DNA of 64,000 bases from Candidatus Hydrogenedens sp. (lineage in GTDB: Bacteria; Hydrogenedentota; Hydrogenedentia; Hydrogenedentales; Hydrogenedentaceae), in the NCBI GenBank assembly GCA_049968235.1, contig JBMFRC010000010.1, positions 32,001-96,000 on the forward strand. Direction: 5' to 3'. Made by a program: the position numbers and the translations under genes. This document shows, one piece after another, positions 28,205 through 39,377 of the stretch; position 1 is the stretch's first letter; each line of letters starts with the position of its first letter. A model generated the notes under the pieces. The model saw nothing but the letters and a program-made list of their open reading frames with translations. It did no database searches and was not told the DNA's origin.

Positions 28205-29296
28205 ATGTTAGAAGATCGTGTTTTTAATTTTTCTGCGGGTCCATCTATGTTACCGGAACCTGTCCTTGTTAAAGCACAGCAAGAATTATTGGTATATCCT
28301 GGTGCTGGTGCATCAGTTATGGAAATAAGTCATCGTTCTAAATCCTTTGATGAGATTTTGGAAAGAGCAAAAGATTATTTAAAAAAATTACTGAATATGC
28401 CGGATAATTATAAAGTTATTTTCACGCCCGGTGGTGCAACCATGCAATTTTCTATGTTAGCAATGAATTTCCTAAATGGGGGTATGGCAGACTATATAAA
28501 TACAGGTTCGTGGGCATCAAAAGCGATGGGTGAAGGGAAGAAACATGGAAATGTCCGCGAGGCGTGGTCAGGTAAGAGTGAAAATTATGTCCGTATGCCC
28601 TCCTCCTCCGAAATAAGTATATCTGATGAAGCAAGGTATGTCCACTTTACTTCCAACGAAACAATTCAAGGGATAGAGTTTTTTAGTGAGCCCGATGTCG
28701 GTGATAAACCTTTATTTTGTGATGCTTCTTCCGATTTTCTTTCTCGTCCTATAGATATAACAAAATACGCATTAATATATGCGGGTGCACAAAAGAATGT
28801 AGGTCCATCTGGTATTGCGGTAGTAATTATTCGCGAAGATTTATTACCGCTTGTTCCTGAAAAACTACCTTCTCTGTTAGACTATAAACTCATGGTTGAA
28901 AATAACTCGCTGTATAATACACCGTCTACATGGAGTATATATATTGTGGGTCTTGTGCTTAAATGGCTTTATGAGGATATTGGTGGTTTGGCAAAAATTG
29001 AGGAAATAAATAAAAAGAAAGCGGAATTGTTATATAAAGTTATTGATGACAGTAATGGTTTCTATAAGGGACATGCTCAAAAAGAAAGCCGTTCACGGAT
29101 GAATGTAACCTTCCGTCTTCCTGATGAAGCACTAGAAAAAGAATTTATAGCCAAAGCAAGTGCAGAAGGATTAAAGGAATTAAAGGGACATCGTTCAGTG
29201 GGTGGGTGTCGTGCTTCTATTTATAATGCCATGCCGTATGAAGGTTGCGTAACATTAGCGGAATTTATGAAAGATTTTGCCCAGTTGCATGGCTAA
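28205..29296 (+). CDS. serC: Phosphoserine aminotransferase
   Basis: N-terminal FNFSAGPSMLPEPVL and a class V aminotransferase body; 363 aa. Confidence 0.85.
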   Translation: MLEDRVFNFSAGPSMLPEPVLVKAQQELLVYPGAGASVMEISHRSKSFDEILERAKDYLKKLLNMPDNYKVIFTPGGATMQFSMLAMNFLNGGMADYINTGSWASKAMGEGKKHGNVREAWSGKSENYVRMPSSSEISISDEARYVHFTSNETIQGIEFFSEPDVGDKPLFCDASSDFLSRPIDITKYALIYAGAQKNVGPSGIAVVIIREDLLPLVPEKLPSLLDYKLMVENNSLYNTPSTWSIYIVGLVLKWLYEDIGGLAKIEEINKKKAELLYKVIDDSNGFYKGHAQKESRSRMNVTFRLPDEALEKEFIAKASAEGLKELKGHRSVGGCRASIYNAMPYEGCVTLAEFMKDFAQLHG

Positions 29297-29306
29297 TAAA
29301 TGCAGT

Positions 29307-30599
29307 TTATTTATTTCTTTGTATTAGTTCGTCTATAGTGTTAATAACAGTTTCGCCTAATTGTGGACCATAAAAAGATGCGGTTACTTCATAACCGCTT
29401 TGTTGATATTCTTTTTCCGTAAGAATATATCCTATTAGGTCGTTGGTAAGAGAGGTAACAACAGGTATTTTTATTCCTTGATTTTCTAATTTCTGTTTTA
29501 CATTCATCCCTATTTCGGTTATAGGTTCGCCGGGGAAGGTGACTATTGCACAACCATTTATCTGTATGAAATGAAACGGTGCTTTTGAGGGAAACAGTTG
29601 GTTTATCATAGCATTGGCCATTTCCTCTGAAACTTTATATTCGTCACCTGCTATTTTAAAAAAATCAGGTGCAATTTTTTTAGGTGGTAATTCTTTCCAT
29701 AGGACATCATGTTTTAATATTGATATTGGCTCGGGTTTTAATTCTTCGATTATATCTATTACGAGTTTTGCTAAACTGAGTCCATAGTTTTCCATTGTCT
29801 CCCATGCAGAAGCCCCTTTATAACCTGAAGGTGCGACATCACCCTCCGCACCGTTAGAAAACATACAGGTCGTTCCGGGATAAAAGGTTTCGATTGTTCT
29901 TTGTATTATTCCCGGATAACCTGCTGATAATAACATTTCATTAGGTGTCATTATTGTTTCATGTGCAGTAAAATTGACAAAAACTACCCATGGTTTCTTT
30001 TCCTTATCAAACCGTAATACGGTGAGATATGGGTCTGTGGGAAGTTCTTCATGCCTTCTATTTTTATTTAATCCTTTTGTTTCAATTCTTCCTGCTGAAA
30101 AGGTTACTGGTGATAGGTTTTTTACGGATTCCTGGATTCCTTTTGCAATTTGAGAAGAGATATACTGTAATACCTGTGCATCAAAAATACCTATGTTAGG
30201 ATTGTTAACAATATTTCTTTCATCAATGGACATACCCTCAAGTCCTGCATGAGTATGGCTCGACATCATTAAAACATTATTTGGATTAACATAGGGCAGT
30301 TCTGCTTTTTTTATTGTATGTTCTACCAAACTCCAGGGTACATGACAAATATCTAAAGTGATTATGAACAAATATTCTTCTTCGTTTTTCAGTGTTAAAA
30401 TCTTTGCCCATGTTTCATCATGAGTGCCTAATGCAGGTTTGCCCTGTCTTTCTCCATATCCTCCCAGTTGGGCTTTTAAACCTTCATTGATTGGATTTAT
30501 AGAGACTCGGGCCACACCTGCATAAATTTCTGCAAAAGACATAAAACAATACCCTAATAAAAATACCGCTGTTATTACAAATAATGTGTATCTATTCAT
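29307..30599 (-). CDS. Neutral/alkaline ceramidase-like hydrolase (secreted)
   Basis: Signal peptide; the MMSSHTHAGLEG segment resembles the conserved SHTHxGP metal-binding motif of the neutral ceramidase N-terminal domain. Confidence 0.45.
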   Translation of the reverse strand: MNRYTLFVITAVFLLGYCFMSFAEIYAGVARVSINPINEGLKAQLGGYGERQGKPALGTHDETWAKILTLKNEEEYLFIITLDICHVPWSLVEHTIKKAELPYVNPNNVLMMSSHTHAGLEGMSIDERNIVNNPNIGIFDAQVLQYISSQIAKGIQESVKNLSPVTFSAGRIETKGLNKNRRHEELPTDPYLTVLRFDKEKKPWVVFVNFTAHETIMTPNEMLLSAGYPGIIQRTIETFYPGTTCMFSNGAEGDVAPSGYKGASAWETMENYGLSLAKLVIDIIEELKPEPISILKHDVLWKELPPKKIAPDFFKIAGDEYKVSEEMANAMINQLFPSKAPFHFIQINGCAIVTFPGEPITEIGMNVKQKLENQGIKIPVVTSLTNDLIGYILTEKEYQQSGYEVTASFYGPQLGETVINTIDELIQRNK

Positions 30600-30603
30600 G
30601 TAT

Positions 30604-31221
30604 TTAATCTACAACGAATGTAGCCCTTCCCGAAATGGAAGAAAGTTTGGTAGAGACTCGGAATAATATCGTATATTGTCCCGGTGATAAATTAGGAGGT
30701 AAACGGAATTGCTGACTGCTTACCCATGTTCCATCATTTCTGTTAAAAGAGGAAGATGATAAGTCTGCGATCAGTTGTTCGCCTTTTAAAAGACTTCTTG
30801 TTTCTGTTACTGAGGTTCCGGAACCGGTTCCCAATAAAGCATACTGGATTGTTGCTTCAATCATATTCCCGGGGGTAACCACATTGGGTAAAACTTCTGC
30901 GCGTTCAAAAGATAATCTTTCTCCCTGTGTAGGCTGGTAATTATATTCTTTGGAGGTCTCCTCTGCGGATTTTGCTTTTTGTGCTTTTATGTCATGAGCA
31001 ACTAAACCTGCAATCCCACCGAGGACTGCACCTATTGCAGCACCTTCAAGTGTATGTCCAGATTGATGTCCTATAATAGCACCTGTTGCACCACCTAAAG
31101 CAGCACCTAATCCACCTGCTTCTCCGTAGGTTTGACATCCCGTCCCATAGAATACAATGGAAATAGTTAATATCATAAGTAAAAATAGTGTTAGAAACTT
31201 TTTCATAGTGTCTCCTTTCAT
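30604..31221 (-). CDS. Glycine-zipper lipoprotein
   Basis: Lipobox (YGTGC) followed by a Gly-zipper segment GAALGGATGAIIGHQSGH...GAVLGGIAG. Confidence 0.5.
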   Translation of the reverse strand: MKGDTMKKFLTLFLLMILTISIVFYGTGCQTYGEAGGLGAALGGATGAIIGHQSGHTLEGAAIGAVLGGIAGLVAHDIKAQKAKSAEETSKEYNYQPTQGERLSFERAEVLPNVVTPGNMIEATIQYALLGTGSGTSVTETRSLLKGEQLIADLSSSSFNRNDGTWVSSQQFRLPPNLSPGQYTILFRVSTKLSSISGRATFVVD

Positions 31222-31230
31222 GTTCTTCTT

Positions 31231-31962
31231 TTAACTTTCATCATAAGGTATATAAGGTATTATATTATTATATCTTAATGAAAGTATATATTCCTTACTT
31301 TCATCATCTAAATAAACGAATTCTACGCCGTATTTATTTACCATTTTTTGTTCTTTATTTATTATATTTGTTATATCCCAGCGAATGATACCTTTACCTG
31401 TTATAGGATGAACATTTTGATTTTTTGCTTGTATAGAAAATTCAACGATTTCATGATTTCCTATTTTCTCTTCTGTAGAAAATGAAAATCCGCCTCTTCC
31501 TATTAATATATTATCTATTTTATTTTCATCTAACTTTCGTATCCAACCAGAATATTGCCCCTGGTTTTCTATATCCATCTGTAGTCTATTTTCCAGAGGG
31601 GTACATAATCTTTCTATTGTAGTTGCAAGAAAAAGGAGTTGAAAAGGTTTATATATAACGGACTCTACCCCGAGTTGATATAATTCGTGAGCAGGCACAT
31701 CATTATATGCGGTAATTGTAATAATAGGAAGATTGTAAACATCCATTTTTTTAACCATTTTAATAATTTCAATCCCAGAAACTTCGGGTAGCCGTAGGTC
31801 TGTAATAAGCAGGTCAGGTTTCATTTCTGAGAAGTTTTTACAAAAATCTTTAGGATTGTAAAAAGTACTTGTTTCATATCCCCTGCTTTCCAATTCTATT
31901 GCAATCATTTCATTCAGGTCTATTTCATCTTCAAGTATAAATATTGTTTTTTTACTTTTCAT
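31231..31962 (-). CDS. Response regulator: receiver domain plus PilZ-like C-terminal domain
   Basis: Receiver motifs FILEDE and LLITDLRLP. The C-terminus contains ILIGRGGFSFST, resembling a PilZ DxSxGG element. The start overlaps the stop of the kinase fragment upstream. Confidence 0.6.
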   Translation of the reverse strand: MKSKKTIFILEDEIDLNEMIAIELESRGYETSTFYNPKDFCKNFSEMKPDLLITDLRLPEVSGIEIIKMVKKMDVYNLPIITITAYNDVPAHELYQLGVESVIYKPFQLLFLATTIERLCTPLENRLQMDIENQGQYSGWIRKLDENKIDNILIGRGGFSFSTEEKIGNHEIVEFSIQAKNQNVHPITGKGIIRWDITNIINKEQKMVNKYGVEFVYLDDESKEYILSLRYNNIIPYIPYDES

Positions 31963-34788
31963 TTTTTATAATCTTATATTTTTTAAGGTTAATAACAAAT
32001 CCTGTCTTTTTTGAGTTTCTATCTAATTCCAGTGTTCCGCCATGTATGTCCATAATTGCTTTTGAAAGACTTAGCCCTAATCCCGTACCTTTTCCTACTT
32101 CTTTGGTAGTAAAAAATGGGTCAATGATTTTGTCTTGTATATCTTCTGGAATTCCATGACCATTATCTTCAATTTCAATTCTAATGTTGTTGTCAATTTC
32201 AATTACCTTTATTGAAATTTCTGGGTTTATTACTTCTTCAATTGCATCCGCTGAATTATTTAATATATTTACAATTACCTGAGTTAACAATGCCGGAACT
32301 GCCTCGACATATATCTCTCTGTTATTGTTCTGGTAGGTAAATTCTATATTTTGCTTTTCTATTCTCGTTTAATTTGTTCAATTGCCTCTTCAATAATCTT
32401 GTCTAATTTAGATGGATGCAATGTATGTTTTGTTTCCTGTCTCGAGAATACTTTTAATGCTTTGACTAAATTTTCTATTCTTGTTACATTTTTTTGTATT
32501 TTATTAATGAGCATAGGAATATTCTTGATAGAGGATTCATTTGTCTCATTTATATATTTACTTAAATGTTGTGTGGTAAGCGAAATTACGGCTAATGGGT
32601 TATTAACTTCATGAGCAATACCACTTGCCATAATACCCAGTGAAGATAGTTTCTCTATGGCTTGTATTTTTTTCTCCTGTTCTTTTATTAATTTTTCCTT
32701 TTGCTGTCTTTCGATAGATATGGCTATCATCTCCGCCACTATTTTTAATGCATGTAATTCAGAAGATGACCATTGTCTCTCTTTAACACAATCATCAAAA
32801 CCAATTAATCCCCACCATTCACCAAAAACAAAAATAGGCACAACCGCTATTGAAATAATATCTTGTGCTTCAAGTGTCGATTTTTCAATTTCTGGGAAAT
32901 TTTTTACACATCCAAAAATAGGATGTCCATTGGATAACATTTGTACCCATCTTTTATAACCATTTTTTTCATAATTAAACGACTGTAATTCCGTATTATG
33001 AATTTGTGGTTTTATTTCCGGTGCAACCCATTCGTATAATTGGTCTGTTAGTATGGTGCCATTTTTTAAAACACTATTTTTAAATAGATAGGTTCTACTT
33101 ACATTTGTTGCTTCCCCAAGGATTCTTAATACTTCATTAATTTCATCTTCCCAGTTTTTTGATGTATATAGGCTTGACGCACATTTGGATGCAGATTCTA
33201 ATATTTTCTCTCTCATTTTTAAGTGTTCTTCCGACTGAACTCTTCTTACCATGTTCCCTACAGAATTGCAGAAAAAATAAATCTGATTGATTTCTTCATT
33301 ATCAAACTTATTGTTAATTCTAAAAAACAATATTACATCTCTAATTAGATTTCTATCTTTAACGGGAATATATGAAATAGATAGGGATAAATCTGTGTTA
33401 TCTTTTTTATATATCGTTAAGTTTTCTGTAACAGGTATCGAAACTCTTTTTATATTTGGATTATTGAGGTATTCCATTTCTAATTTTTCAATTATCTCTT
33501 TTATTTCTTTATTGATATCTTCCTTATAAAAAGAGATTTTATGTCGTTCATTTATCTCTGTTTCATATATACTTTTTCCAGCTTCGTCGCTAAATAATGT
33601 AACCGCACAGCAGCTTGTTAAATCGACAGCATTTTTTAAAAATTCAAACAATATTTCATCTGACGACTTTTCTCTTTGTTTCGAAATATCCAATATCATT
33701 CGGGCATACAAATGTTCTCTTTCTAAAAATTTTTCTATTTTTTTCCGCTGTGTAACATCCTGCCCAAAACCAAATATATACTCTTTATCCCCTCCTATTT
33801 TAAGATATACTGACTTTATTTCTTTATGGACAAGGTGTCCATCTTTATGCTTATGTATGGTGTTAAAAGGACTATCATATCCATTTTTTAAATCATTGAA
33901 ATGTTTACTAAAATTTTCTTTTGTATATAAAATATCAATTTCAGGGACACTTAACTTACGAAAAGTAGGCAAATCGTAGCCGAGACTTTTTGAAGCGGAT
34001 TCATTTACATAAGCAAACTTTCCATCTGGATAAAGCAAATAGAATTCATTCCCAGCATTATCAACAATATATTTAAATATTGTTAGATGTCCTTCTACCT
34101 CTTTTACAGATGTAATATCATAGAAAAATATATTGAATATATATCCACAATTGATTTTTAATTTATTTATATATAACTTTATCCACTTCTTGTTTCCTTT
34201 TTGGGTGGTTATAGGAAATGGATTTTCCAGTAGTTTATTTAGTTTTTTTTGGTTTGTATATAAATGAATTTGCGGAAAGAAATCTTTTAATAGAAAATTT
34301 CTATTACTATTTTCAGGTATTTCTAAAAACTTTAAGGCTTTGTTATTAGCAAATAATATTTTCCCTTTCTCTACTAATAAATATCCTAAATCCGTTTGTG
34401 ATGTTAAACTAAATAAAGTAGGTATGTATTGTTCTGTTTTCTTTTCTTCAGTAAGATATTTATTACAGAGTGGATAGATAAAGGCGAAATTCTGGTAAGT
34501 TTCTTTTTTGTCTTTATTATTAGGAAATGATATAAGATTATGTGTAATATGAAAATTATAAATGTTTCGTTTTTTTGTTTTTATTCTATATATAGTTACA
34601 GATTCGCCTAAATTCCCTATACCACTTTTATTTAATACATTTTGAAATAGGTTCAGGTCATTCCTATGTATATTATCTATCCAGATATTAGGTGATATTT
34701 TATCCAGATTTAGGCAATCCTGAACGAAAGATTGAAATTCTTCATCGTAGCCTGCAATTTCTCCCTTTTGATTAAAGACAATAAACAT
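31952..34788 (-). pseudogene. Cytoplasmic PAS/GAF sensor histidine kinase, split by a -1 frameshift into 809-aa and 112-aa ORFs
   Basis: H-box SGIAHEVNNPLAV lies in the 809-aa ORF. The N-box LLTQVIVNILNNSADAI and G-boxes (DNGHGIP, GTGLGL) lie in the following 112-aa ORF in another frame. The two frames overlap at 32359-32371. Reading across restores ...IEQIKRE-IEKQNIEFTYQNNNREIYVEAVPALLTQ..., which matches a single-A deletion in GAAATAGAA. Confidence 0.7.
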
Positions 34789-34800
34789 GTGAAAATATCT

Positions 34801-35661
34801 CTATTTATTTTCAAACTCTGATAAAAACTTTTTAGCGTCTGATATATATCCCTTTATCTCTTCTCTTGTTTCTTTTATAATATTTTCTCTTATTTGAGGG
34901 AATATGTTTGTTAACAATTTTATATTAACTTTATTAAAGTCTCCTGCCATACCAAAATTTTCTACTCTTGATATTTCACTGGAAAGATGAATAATATATG
35001 TTTCTATAGGATATTTATTTGTTAAATTTTCGGGTTGGTTGTGATTTGTCATCGGAGCATACAAAGTTTCCGGAAGGTTCCATTTCTGTGCTAACCAGCT
35101 ATTCACATCATAATATGTTAGAGATAAATTTTCTTTTTCTTCTTTATACAGTGGAACCTGATTATCTTTGCCTTTCTTAACTACGGTTTTATATTCTTCT
35201 TTTAATGCAAGTGCCAAACAATATTTACCAATATCATGCAATAATCCCGCAGAAAAAAGAGTTTCTGGAACTATATCTGTTTTAATTTTTGTTGCTAATA
35301 TCTGTGCGGATTTTCCTGCTCCTAATGAATGAAGCCAGAAATCTTTGGGGTCGATTGCTAATTGCTTTTTTGTGGTAAATAAATCCAATATTGTAGTACT
35401 CAGTGCTAACATACGAACAGTTTCAAATCCCAAAACGACTATAGCCCGTTTCAAATTGTCAACCTTAAACCGAAGTCCGTAAAATGCGGAATTAGCCAAT
35501 TTTAAAACTCTTGCGGATATTGCGGGGTCGTTTTCCATTATTTTTGTCAAATCTTCCGCAGAACTATTCTCATCATTAATAGCATCGATTAGTTTCGTCA
35601 TTACCACAGGTAGGGTGGGTAAATCCTCACTCATTTCCAGTTTTTTTAGTATATCTTCCAT
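34801..35661 (-). CDS. HDOD-domain signalling protein
   Basis: VLKLANSAFYGLRFKVDNLKRAIVVLGFETV and LLHDIGK segments are typical of HDOD. Confidence 0.65.
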   Translation of the reverse strand: MEDILKKLEMSEDLPTLPVVMTKLIDAINDENSSAEDLTKIMENDPAISARVLKLANSAFYGLRFKVDNLKRAIVVLGFETVRMLALSTTILDLFTTKKQLAIDPKDFWLHSLGAGKSAQILATKIKTDIVPETLFSAGLLHDIGKYCLALALKEEYKTVVKKGKDNQVPLYKEEKENLSLTYYDVNSWLAQKWNLPETLYAPMTNHNQPENLTNKYPIETYIIHLSSEISRVENFGMAGDFNKVNIKLLTNIFPQIRENIIKETREEIKGYISDAKKFLSEFENK

Positions 35662-35696
35662 ATTCTTCTCTATATTTATTTCCTAATTATTATACA

Positions 35697-36599
35697 CTAA
35701 CAAGTATGCAATTTACATATCTTATTTATATCTATTATTGTTGCTTTTATTAAATCGCTGTTTATATTTTCTTCCACAGTTCGCTTTGCCTGTTTTAAGT
35801 TTTTATTAAGTATAGCATATATATGTTTTTGTAGTTCATCAAATTTTACATTTTTTTTCTTATGTTTCTTTATTGTTATTAATAATATACGGTAATCATT
35901 CCAAGTCCCCAGATAATTCTGAATTTCTTTTAAGATATTTAACCATGTATTTAATGGATTTTCGTAAATCTCTTTATAAACCTCAAACATATATCTTATT
36001 TTTTTTATTATAATTCGAAATCGGTGTATTTTTTCACTTAAAGGGTTATATATTTTTTTTATACACCTATATTCATCATTAATATTATTTAGTGCTAAAT
36101 TGATTTTTTCCATTCCGTATCTATAAATACACCAACTTATAGGAGAAGACATTGGGAAATTTAAAGTAAATTTATTAATCCTTTCTTCTAATATTTGTTT
36201 TGCAATAAGACAGTTATTAATCTCTTTTTTTTGTTTTTTATCTATGTAAGTCAATAGATAATCGAAGGTATAGTTCGACAAAACTTTTGGGGTATTTTGT
36301 TTAATGGATGTGATTAATTGGTATAAAACATCGAGTTCTCTTCTTTTCCCAAGAAGTTTTGTTATTTTTTTATTTTCGTTGATGTATTCTTTTCTAATTT
36401 CTTTAGATAAGAAATGTTTGTATTCGGCAAATAAAGCCCTATTTCTTCTGGAAGTTACACGAATATCATGAATAGCATCTGGGTCTAAACTTTCAAGAAG
36501 GGGAAGTTTTTCTTTTATAAAGTTGTAATTATGCTCGATATATTTAAGAAAAATATCTTTTGAGACATTACAATATTTAACTTCCCCTTCTTGATTCAT
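35697..36599 (-). CDS. CHAD-domain protein
   Basis: Repeated H-x-x-R-x-x-x-K/R motifs (IHDIRVTSRRNRALFAEY; IHRFRIIIKKIRYMFEVY) consistent with a CHAD domain. Confidence 0.45.
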   Translation of the reverse strand: MNQEGEVKYCNVSKDIFLKYIEHNYNFIKEKLPLLESLDPDAIHDIRVTSRRNRALFAEYKHFLSKEIRKEYINENKKITKLLGKRRELDVLYQLITSIKQNTPKVLSNYTFDYLLTYIDKKQKKEINNCLIAKQILEERINKFTLNFPMSSPISWCIYRYGMEKINLALNNINDEYRCIKKIYNPLSEKIHRFRIIIKKIRYMFEVYKEIYENPLNTWLNILKEIQNYLGTWNDYRILLITIKKHKKKNVKFDELQKHIYAILNKNLKQAKRTVEENINSDLIKATIIDINKICKLHTC

Positions 36600-36616
36600 A
36601 TATTATTCTTTTGGGG

Positions 36617-39340
36617 TTATTTTACAACAAATTTGTATGTTCCTGATGATAAGTCAAATACATCCTGTGTAGTTTCTGTTGTAACAGGTTCTACCTTAGG
36701 ATTAGCCATTACTTTCATATTTTCTTTTTTGGGAACAACTACTTTTGCTTTACTATTGGGTGGAATATTGATAACCATAGTAAGCGAACCATCAGGATTT
36801 TTATCCCATCGTGATAAAACACGACCGCGAACTGTGTCAATGTATGCCTGAGCGTAGTTTAAAGGTCCTTCCCATGGTTTCGGTGCAATTGTAAAATATT
36901 TGTAGCCGGGTTCAGGTAAACGGCGGATTCCGGCGATTCCACCAAAGAACCAATCCATTACACTTCCAAACATTTGATGATTGTGGGAATTCATTTCGGG
37001 TCCTGTTTTATATTCCCATAATTCCCATAAGGTAGTTGCACCTAATTCAATCATATATCCGTAACTTGGAAAATCTTTTTGTAAGACAACCTTATATGCG
37101 AGGTCTGCCATGTTATTATCATTCAAAACATCATAAACATATTTGGCACCTAAAATTCCGCAGTATAAATGTCCATTGCGTTTTACTTCGATTTCCTCTT
37201 TAAGTTTTTTCAGTGCAAGTTCTTTATATTCACCCTGAGCAATACCTAAAAAGAGTGGGAATATTTGCTGGAATTGGGTTCCTTCATAAGGGGTTCCATC
37301 CTTATCTTTACCATAGCAGTAGTAGCCTTTTTCTTTATTAAAGTACTTGTTATTGAATGCTTCGGCAACTTTTTGTTTTTTATCATTAAAGTAATTTACA
37401 TCGTCTTGTTTACCTAAAACACCGGCAAGTTCTTCTAAAACTACCGCAGTCCAGTAGTAGCACCCTGTTCCTATAGGTTCCATAGGTGATTTTTCGAGTG
37501 CTACCCAATCTCCATAATGACAATATTCCATAACTCCATCTTTTTCATCTTTTTCCATTGATTTAAACCAACGGACGAGATTGTTGTAGTGCAATTCTAC
37601 AACACGGCGGTTTTGGTAGTATCTCCAGGAATACCATGTAATCAATGGATAGGCTATTGCCCATGGAGGGGAACCTTTTTTATCGCCCCATATATTGGCT
37701 GGGCATGTATCCGGAATATATCCTTCAGGACTCTGTGAATCTGCAATATCCCATAGCCATTTCTGGTAATATGCGGCGACATCAAAATTCATAATCGTTG
37801 CCTCAGAAGCAAGGTGTGCATCTCCCATCCATCCCATTCGTTCATCTCTTTGTGGACAATCGGTCGGAATGCTCATATTATTTCCTAGAATAGCCCAAAG
37901 GACTATGTCGCGTATATTATTAATGAGTGGATTATCACATTCGAAATGACCTGATTTTGGAAGGTTGGAGTGGAATATTTGTGCTTCTAATTTATCTTCA
38001 GTAAGTTCACCCGGATAACCTGTTATCTCCGCATAGCGATAACCATGTTGTGTAAAGCGGGGCATGTATTCTTCTTCTCCTTCTCCTTTCAGGATATATT
38101 CATCTGTTACTTTTGCACTTCGAATATTTTCTACATTCAAACGGCCATCTTCATATAACAGTTCTGCATGTCTCATTCTTATCTTTGTTCCTGCGGGACC
38201 TTGTGCCTTAATTTTTATTACCCCTGTCATATTTTGACCGAAATCTACTATATAAACTTCTTCATTCTTATCAGGTCCGCCATCACTTCGTTTTGTGATG
38301 GATTTGGGTTTTAAATAACCTACGACCTGTATTGGAGGCATTACCTGTGCTACTAATTTTTCAGGTATATGTTCAGACATGGCAACCGGTAACCAGTTGG
38401 AATCATCGTAATCTGCTGTATCCCAACCATTTTTCTCTAAACGAGCGTCATAGGTTTCACCGTGGTATAAACTTTCACTTACAATAGGTCCTGTGCTTGC
38501 TTTCCATGTATTATCCGTAATGATTTTCTCTTTTGTCCCATCTTCATAGATTACATGTAATTCTAACCAACCTGTGCATGTTTTTTTCCACCATCCATGT
38601 CCTAACATCATTCCAACTGCATTTTTTCCTTGTTTTAGCATTGGTGTTACATCATGGGTAACATACAGGGTTCTTTTCTCAAATACAGTATAAGCAGGGT
38701 CTAATATATGGTCACCCACTTTTTGGCCATTTACATGTAATTCTACATAACCGAGACCTGATACATACGCTCGTGCCTGTTTTACAGGTTTTGTAAGTTC
38801 AAAAACTTTTCTTAACATAGGTGATATTCTTTTTCGCTCATATTCTTTTCGTTTATCATCCTTTACTGGCTCATCATCTTTTTCTGGATGTCGTATCCAT
38901 TTTGCCGTCATCTCTTTTGTTGGATCCAAAAAAGCAGTTTCAAAATATGCAGGTTCACTAAAACGCGTTGTCTCACCATTCTGGTAGGTAACCTTAACTC
39001 GCCAATAGTATCTTGTAAAACTTTCCAATGCAGGTCCAGCATATTCGATGTGGACGTTATCTCCGGATTCTATCTGTCCTGAGTCCCAAACATCAGGTTG
39101 ATTCTGTAATAACTTTTCTGCTGATTTTGAAACCTGTATTTGATAAGATTTCTGAAACACCTCATATCCATTTTCAGGTAAAATCCAACTGAAACGGGGT
39201 ATATTTGTATCTATGCCTATAGGATTTGTTAAATACTCAACCCTTAAATTTAAGGGAGGTATCTGGGAATGGGCTACTGTTGGAATTACAGTAATAAGCA
39301 AAGTAAGTGCAATGGAAGTGATTAAATAAATTTTTAACAT
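36617..39340 (-). CDS. Alpha-L-rhamnosidase (GH78), secreted
   Basis: Signal peptide; N-terminal rhamnosidase domain (FSWILPENGYE...YYWRVKV); highly conserved GH78 motif DCPQRDERMGWMGDA; 907 aa. Confidence 0.75.
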   Translation of the reverse strand: MLKIYLITSIALTLLITVIPTVAHSQIPPLNLRVEYLTNPIGIDTNIPRFSWILPENGYEVFQKSYQIQVSKSAEKLLQNQPDVWDSGQIESGDNVHIEYAGPALESFTRYYWRVKVTYQNGETTRFSEPAYFETAFLDPTKEMTAKWIRHPEKDDEPVKDDKRKEYERKRISPMLRKVFELTKPVKQARAYVSGLGYVELHVNGQKVGDHILDPAYTVFEKRTLYVTHDVTPMLKQGKNAVGMMLGHGWWKKTCTGWLELHVIYEDGTKEKIITDNTWKASTGPIVSESLYHGETYDARLEKNGWDTADYDDSNWLPVAMSEHIPEKLVAQVMPPIQVVGYLKPKSITKRSDGGPDKNEEVYIVDFGQNMTGVIKIKAQGPAGTKIRMRHAELLYEDGRLNVENIRSAKVTDEYILKGEGEEEYMPRFTQHGYRYAEITGYPGELTEDKLEAQIFHSNLPKSGHFECDNPLINNIRDIVLWAILGNNMSIPTDCPQRDERMGWMGDAHLASEATIMNFDVAAYYQKWLWDIADSQSPEGYIPDTCPANIWGDKKGSPPWAIAYPLITWYSWRYYQNRRVVELHYNNLVRWFKSMEKDEKDGVMEYCHYGDWVALEKSPMEPIGTGCYYWTAVVLEELAGVLGKQDDVNYFNDKKQKVAEAFNNKYFNKEKGYYCYGKDKDGTPYEGTQFQQIFPLFLGIAQGEYKELALKKLKEEIEVKRNGHLYCGILGAKYVYDVLNDNNMADLAYKVVLQKDFPSYGYMIELGATTLWELWEYKTGPEMNSHNHQMFGSVMDWFFGGIAGIRRLPEPGYKYFTIAPKPWEGPLNYAQAYIDTVRGRVLSRWDKNPDGSLTMVINIPPNSKAKVVVPKKENMKVMANPKVEPVTTETTQDVFDLSSGTYKFVVK

Positions 39341-39377
39341 ATTGTTTCTCCTTATATTAAGTTTTTGTTTTTGCTTA

